DNA from: Anaerolineales bacterium
GTDB lineage: Bacteria; Chloroflexota; Anaerolineae; Anaerolineales; UBA11579
DNA length: 64,000 bases
Direction: 5' to 3'
NCBI GenBank assembly: GCA_019454165.1
Contig: CP075367.1
Span: 579,971 to 643,970 of the forward strand
Each line of letters begins with the position of its first letter. Within the stretch, counting starts at the first letter, position 1. The notes under the pieces were generated by a model, which saw nothing but the letters and a program-made list of their open reading frames with translations, searched no databases and had not been told where the DNA came from. Position numbers and translations under genes: made by a program. Below are positions 61,220 to 64,000 of the stretch, one piece after another.

Positions 61220-62191
61220 ATGGCAATCATCACTATGCGCCAGGCCATCTCCGATGCCCTCTGGGAAGAGATGGAGCGTGACCCCAAGGTGTTCATCATG
61301 GGGCAGGAAGTGGGTGTGTGGGGCGGCACCTATGCCGTCACCAAAGGCTTCCTCGACCATTTTGGCGAGAAGCGGGTGCGCGACACCCCCATCGCCGAAT
61401 CCGCCATCGTCGGCGCCGGTATCGGCGCCAGCATGGTGGGCCTGCGCCCGGTCTCCGAGATCATGACGATCAACTTCGCCTTCGTGGCGATGGACTATAT
61501 TGTTAATGAGGCGCCCAAGATGCACACCATGTTTGGTGGGCAGATGAAGGTGCCCCTGGTCATCCGCACCGCGGGTGGCGGCGGCCGCCAACTGGGCGCC
61601 ACCCACTCGCAGACGCCGGATGCCATTTTTGCGCACTTTCCCGGCCTCAAAGTCGTTTCGCCCGGCACGCCGGAAGACGCCAAGGGCCTGCTGAAAGCCG
61701 CCATCCGCGACGATGACCCGGTGCTGTTCATCGAGCACGCCGCCATGTACCAGATACGCGGCGAAGTGCCCGAAGGCGACTACACCACGCCGATCGGCGT
61801 ATCCAAAGTGCAGCGTGAAGGTGACGCGGTCACCATCGTTACCTACTGCAAGGGCTTGCAGCTTTCGATGCAGGCGGCCGAGCAGCTCTCACAAGAGGGC
61901 ATCGAGGTCGAGATCGTGGACCTGCGCTCGCTGCGCCCGCTCGACATGGGGCCGGCGCTGGCTTCATTCAAGAAGACCAACCGGGCCGTCATCGTCGAAG
62001 AAGGCTGGCCCAGCTACGGCGTGGGCGCCGAGGTGGCTACCCGCCTGTACGAAGCCGCCTTTGATTATGCGGATGCACCCATCAAGCGTGTGGCGCAGAA
62101 GGAAGTACCGCTGCCCTACAACGCCGCGCTGGAGCAATACGCGCTGGCGCAGGTGGAGGATGTGGTGGCCGCAGTGAAAGAGGTGCTGTAA
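61220..62191 (+). CDS. pdhB: Pyruvate dehydrogenase E1 beta subunit
   Basis: MRQAISDALWEEMERDPKVFIMGQEVGVWGGTYAVTKG...DTPIAESAIVG. Confidence 0.9.
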   Translation: MAIITMRQAISDALWEEMERDPKVFIMGQEVGVWGGTYAVTKGFLDHFGEKRVRDTPIAESAIVGAGIGASMVGLRPVSEIMTINFAFVAMDYIVNEAPKMHTMFGGQMKVPLVIRTAGGGGRQLGATHSQTPDAIFAHFPGLKVVSPGTPEDAKGLLKAAIRDDDPVLFIEHAAMYQIRGEVPEGDYTTPIGVSKVQREGDAVTIVTYCKGLQLSMQAAEQLSQEGIEVEIVDLRSLRPLDMGPALASFKKTNRAVIVEEGWPSYGVGAEVATRLYEAAFDYADAPIKRVAQKEVPLPYNAALEQYALAQVEDVVAAVKEVL

Positions 62192-63474
62192 TGGCTGACA
62201 TCGTAACCATGCCCAAGCTCGGTTTTGACATGGCCGAAGGCACCCTGATCCGCTGGGCCAAAAAAGAAGGCGAGAAAGTAGAAAAAGGCGAACTGCTGGC
62301 CGAGATCGAGACCGATAAGGCCACGGTGGAAGTCGAATCGCAATATAGCGGCGTGGTGCTCAAGCACTTGGTGAGCGAAGGCACGCCGGTGCCTGTGAAC
62401 AACCCCATTGCCGCCGTAGGCGCTGAGGGTGAAACCTATGAGGGTGCCACGGCTGCCCCCGCGGCCAAAGCAGAAGCCAAATCTGAGCCAGTTGCTGAAA
62501 AGAAATCTACTAATCAAGAGCAATCGATTAATCGATTAGCAGATAAACAGATTGAATCAAGCGGCAAGCTAAGTGCAGACACCGCCGCCGACGGCAACCT
62601 GCCGGATGGCGTGCGCGCTTCGCCTCTGGCGCGCAAGATCGCCCAGGAGCGCGGCATTAGCCTCAAGTCCCTGCGCGGCACCGGCCCGCTGGGCCGCATC
62701 ACCAAGCGTGATGTCGAGGGCGCCAAAGCCGGCGCAGGCGGCCTGGCGCTGCCCGGTCTGCAACTGGCTGAGCTTGGCCCCGCGCCGGCTGACCAGCGCG
62801 TGCCGCTCTCGCGGCTGCGGGCCGCCATCGGCCGCCGCATGGTGCAGTCACGCCAGGAGGTGCCGCACTTCTACGTCACCCACGAGTACGACGTAGACCG
62901 CCTGCTGGATGCACGCGCCCAGGCCAACGCCGCTCTGGAAGGCACCGGCGAAAAGCTCAGCGTCAATGACTTCATCATCAAGGCCGCGGCGCTGACCCTG
63001 CGCCAGTACCCCAACCTCAACGCCAAGCTGGATGGCGATGCTATCGTGCAGCTCGGCCAGGTCAATATCGGCGTGGCCGTAGCGGTGGAAGGCGGCTTGC
63101 TGGTTGTGGTATGCCGCGATGCGGATCGCAAGCCGCTGCGCCAGATCTCGCAGGAAGTGCGCGAGATGGCCGGCCGCGTGCGTGACGGCAAAGTAAGCCC
63201 GGAGGATATCGAAGGCTCCACGTTCTCGATCAGCAACCTGGGTATGTATGATGTGCACAGCTTCACCGCCATCATCAACCCGCCCGAGGCGGCCATCCTG
63301 GCCATCGGCGCGGCGCAAGAGGTGCCGGTGGTGAAGAATGGTCAGTTGGCCGTGGGCAACCGCATGCGCGCCACGATCTCGATCGACCACCGCGTCAGTG
63401 ACGGCGCTGAGGGTGCGCAGTACCTGCAGGCGCTGGCCGCCTACATCGAGAACCCGATCGCGTTGTTGATGTAA
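62191..63474 (+). CDS. pdhC: Dihydrolipoamide acetyltransferase E2
   Basis: Lipoyl AEIETDKATVEVES, PSBD ASPLARKIAQERGISLKSLRGTGPLGRITKRDV, and catalytic DHRVSDGA. Confidence 0.9.
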   Translation: MADIVTMPKLGFDMAEGTLIRWAKKEGEKVEKGELLAEIETDKATVEVESQYSGVVLKHLVSEGTPVPVNNPIAAVGAEGETYEGATAAPAAKAEAKSEPVAEKKSTNQEQSINRLADKQIESSGKLSADTAADGNLPDGVRASPLARKIAQERGISLKSLRGTGPLGRITKRDVEGAKAGAGGLALPGLQLAELGPAPADQRVPLSRLRAAIGRRMVQSRQEVPHFYVTHEYDVDRLLDARAQANAALEGTGEKLSVNDFIIKAAALTLRQYPNLNAKLDGDAIVQLGQVNIGVAVAVEGGLLVVVCRDADRKPLRQISQEVREMAGRVRDGKVSPEDIEGSTFSISNLGMYDVHSFTAIINPPEAAILAIGAAQEVPVVKNGQLAVGNRMRATISIDHRVSDGAEGAQYLQALAAYIENPIALLM

Positions 63475-63490
63475 GCGCGAACACTGAATC

Positions 63491-63520
63491 AAAAAAGGCG
63501 GGCCAACGGCCCGCCTTTTT
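63491..63520 (+). terminator. Intrinsic terminator
   Basis: AAAAAA-GGCGGGCC-AAC-GGCCCGCC-TTTTT, 17 nt after the E2 stop. Confidence 0.75.
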
Positions 63521-63660
63521 CTATACACACGTGTCATTCCGAGCGGGCAAATGCTCTTCACCAGACCGCCGAATCCGCCTCAGCGAGGAATCCTTGCTGG
63601 CATATCTTCCATGAGTGGCAGGATTTTGATTGCTCTGCACCCAAGGGGTATCATTACTTT

Positions 63661-64000
63661 ATGGATAACCAACGTTTCCTGACGGATGGGCTGGAGCAAC
63701 TTAGCGCCTATTTGCAATCTAATGAAGTCTTTTGGGCCATGGATCGTGACCCGCAGCTGACCCTCGGCAACCTGTTGCTGGCGGCGGCCAACCTGAAGGC
63801 GGCCGGCAAGCTGGGCAAGGCGGACGCCGCCGCCCTGGCCGATGCCCGCAAAGAGTGGGGCATTGCCTGGGAGAAAAAGGCCGAGCGCGAGTTCGCTGCC
63901 CGCATGCGTCAGTGGTCCAACTACCTGGCTGAGCTGGCCGACAAGCCCAAACAGCACGCCCGCTACTACAAGGCCGAGGTGCGCGCCCGCGTGCTGTTGC
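63661..64000 (+). CDS. Hypothetical protein, 5' part (3' end outside window)
   Basis: Absent from the ORF track because there is no stop in the window. ATG 63661, and my translation MDNQRFLTDGLEQLSAYLQSNEVFWAMDRDPQLTLGNLLLAAANLKAAGKLGKADAAALADARKEWGIAWEKKAEREF... is open to the window end with strong G/C third positions. Promoter-like TTGATT-17 nt-TATCAT ends 6 nt before the ATG. Confidence 0.5.
   Translation, partial: MDNQRFLTDGLEQLSAYLQSNEVFWAMDRDPQLTLGNLLLAAANLKAAGKLGKADAAALADARKEWGIAWEKKAEREFAARMRQWSNYLAELADKPKQHARYYKAEVRARVLL

Noticed and set aside
63580-63957. 125-aa minus-strand ORF from the track
   Set aside because: The plus-strand frame from ATG 63661 is open to the window end, has better codon bias and has its own promoter-like signal. 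The minus ORF is likely its shadow.
1-64000. Integrase, transposase, prophage structural genes, rRNA operon or cas genes
   Set aside because: None of the translated ORFs shows the corresponding motifs. The island therefore has no visible mobility gene inside this window.

Overview
High-GC bacterial chromosomal window. Typical coding lines hand-count to about 63-78% G+C, with several sharply lower-GC patches. Gene order tRNA-Thr/Tyr/Thr - tuf - rpmG - tRNA-Trp - secE - nusG - rplKAJL, a NusG with a long acidic N-terminal extension, and several apparently leaderless starts suggest a Chloroflexota-like organism; this is inference only.

Main blocks:
1. 2-13350: accessory, compositionally mosaic defence-type island. 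It holds a Fic fragment and a tightly coupled four-gene operon (SNF2/DEAH helicase with PD-(D/E)xK tail, DUF4917/SIR2-like protein, DUF1156 DPPY methyltransferase, HEPN-DUF499 ATPase). It also holds a ThsB-like TIR protein coupled to a 3-TM membrane protein, and a ComF-type PRTase. The island ends at an orphan tRNA 3' fragment.
2. 14494-26229: glucitol-type PTS cluster with HPr and Enzyme I, an unusual oxidoreductase, a degenerate class II aldolase-like protein and a TPP-dependent E1/E2 set.
3. 26237-35418: housekeeping genes (FmdB, TPR, LysM, M50 protease, thioredoxin-TPR, PIN/TRAM, cysS, rlmB).
4. 35566-41146: tRNA/tuf/ribosomal-protein cluster with duplicated L1-binding rRNA-mimic leaders.
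5. 41941-47463: two-component system, SLT, NUDIX with an odd 46-nt triplicated 3' end, and a GH-like protein.
6. 47662-52068: three-gene envelope operon (TPR-sortase-like, Wzz fused to a degenerate GGDEF with an intact I-site, BcsB-like) with no glycosyltransferase nearby.
7. 53340-57291: bacterial NurA / HAS-barrel-like / HerA operon interrupted by an inverted-repeat-flanked four-helix-bundle cassette.
8. 60245-63474: a second PDH-type E1/E2 cluster.

No rRNA genes, CRISPR arrays, integrases or transposases were seen. The best candidates for an undescribed system are the four-gene helicase/SIR2-like/methylase/HEPN-ATPase operon, the adjacent TIR-membrane pair, and the sortase-like/Wzz-GGDEF/BcsB-like operon. 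All family assignments come from motifs read by eye in the translations; no searches were run.
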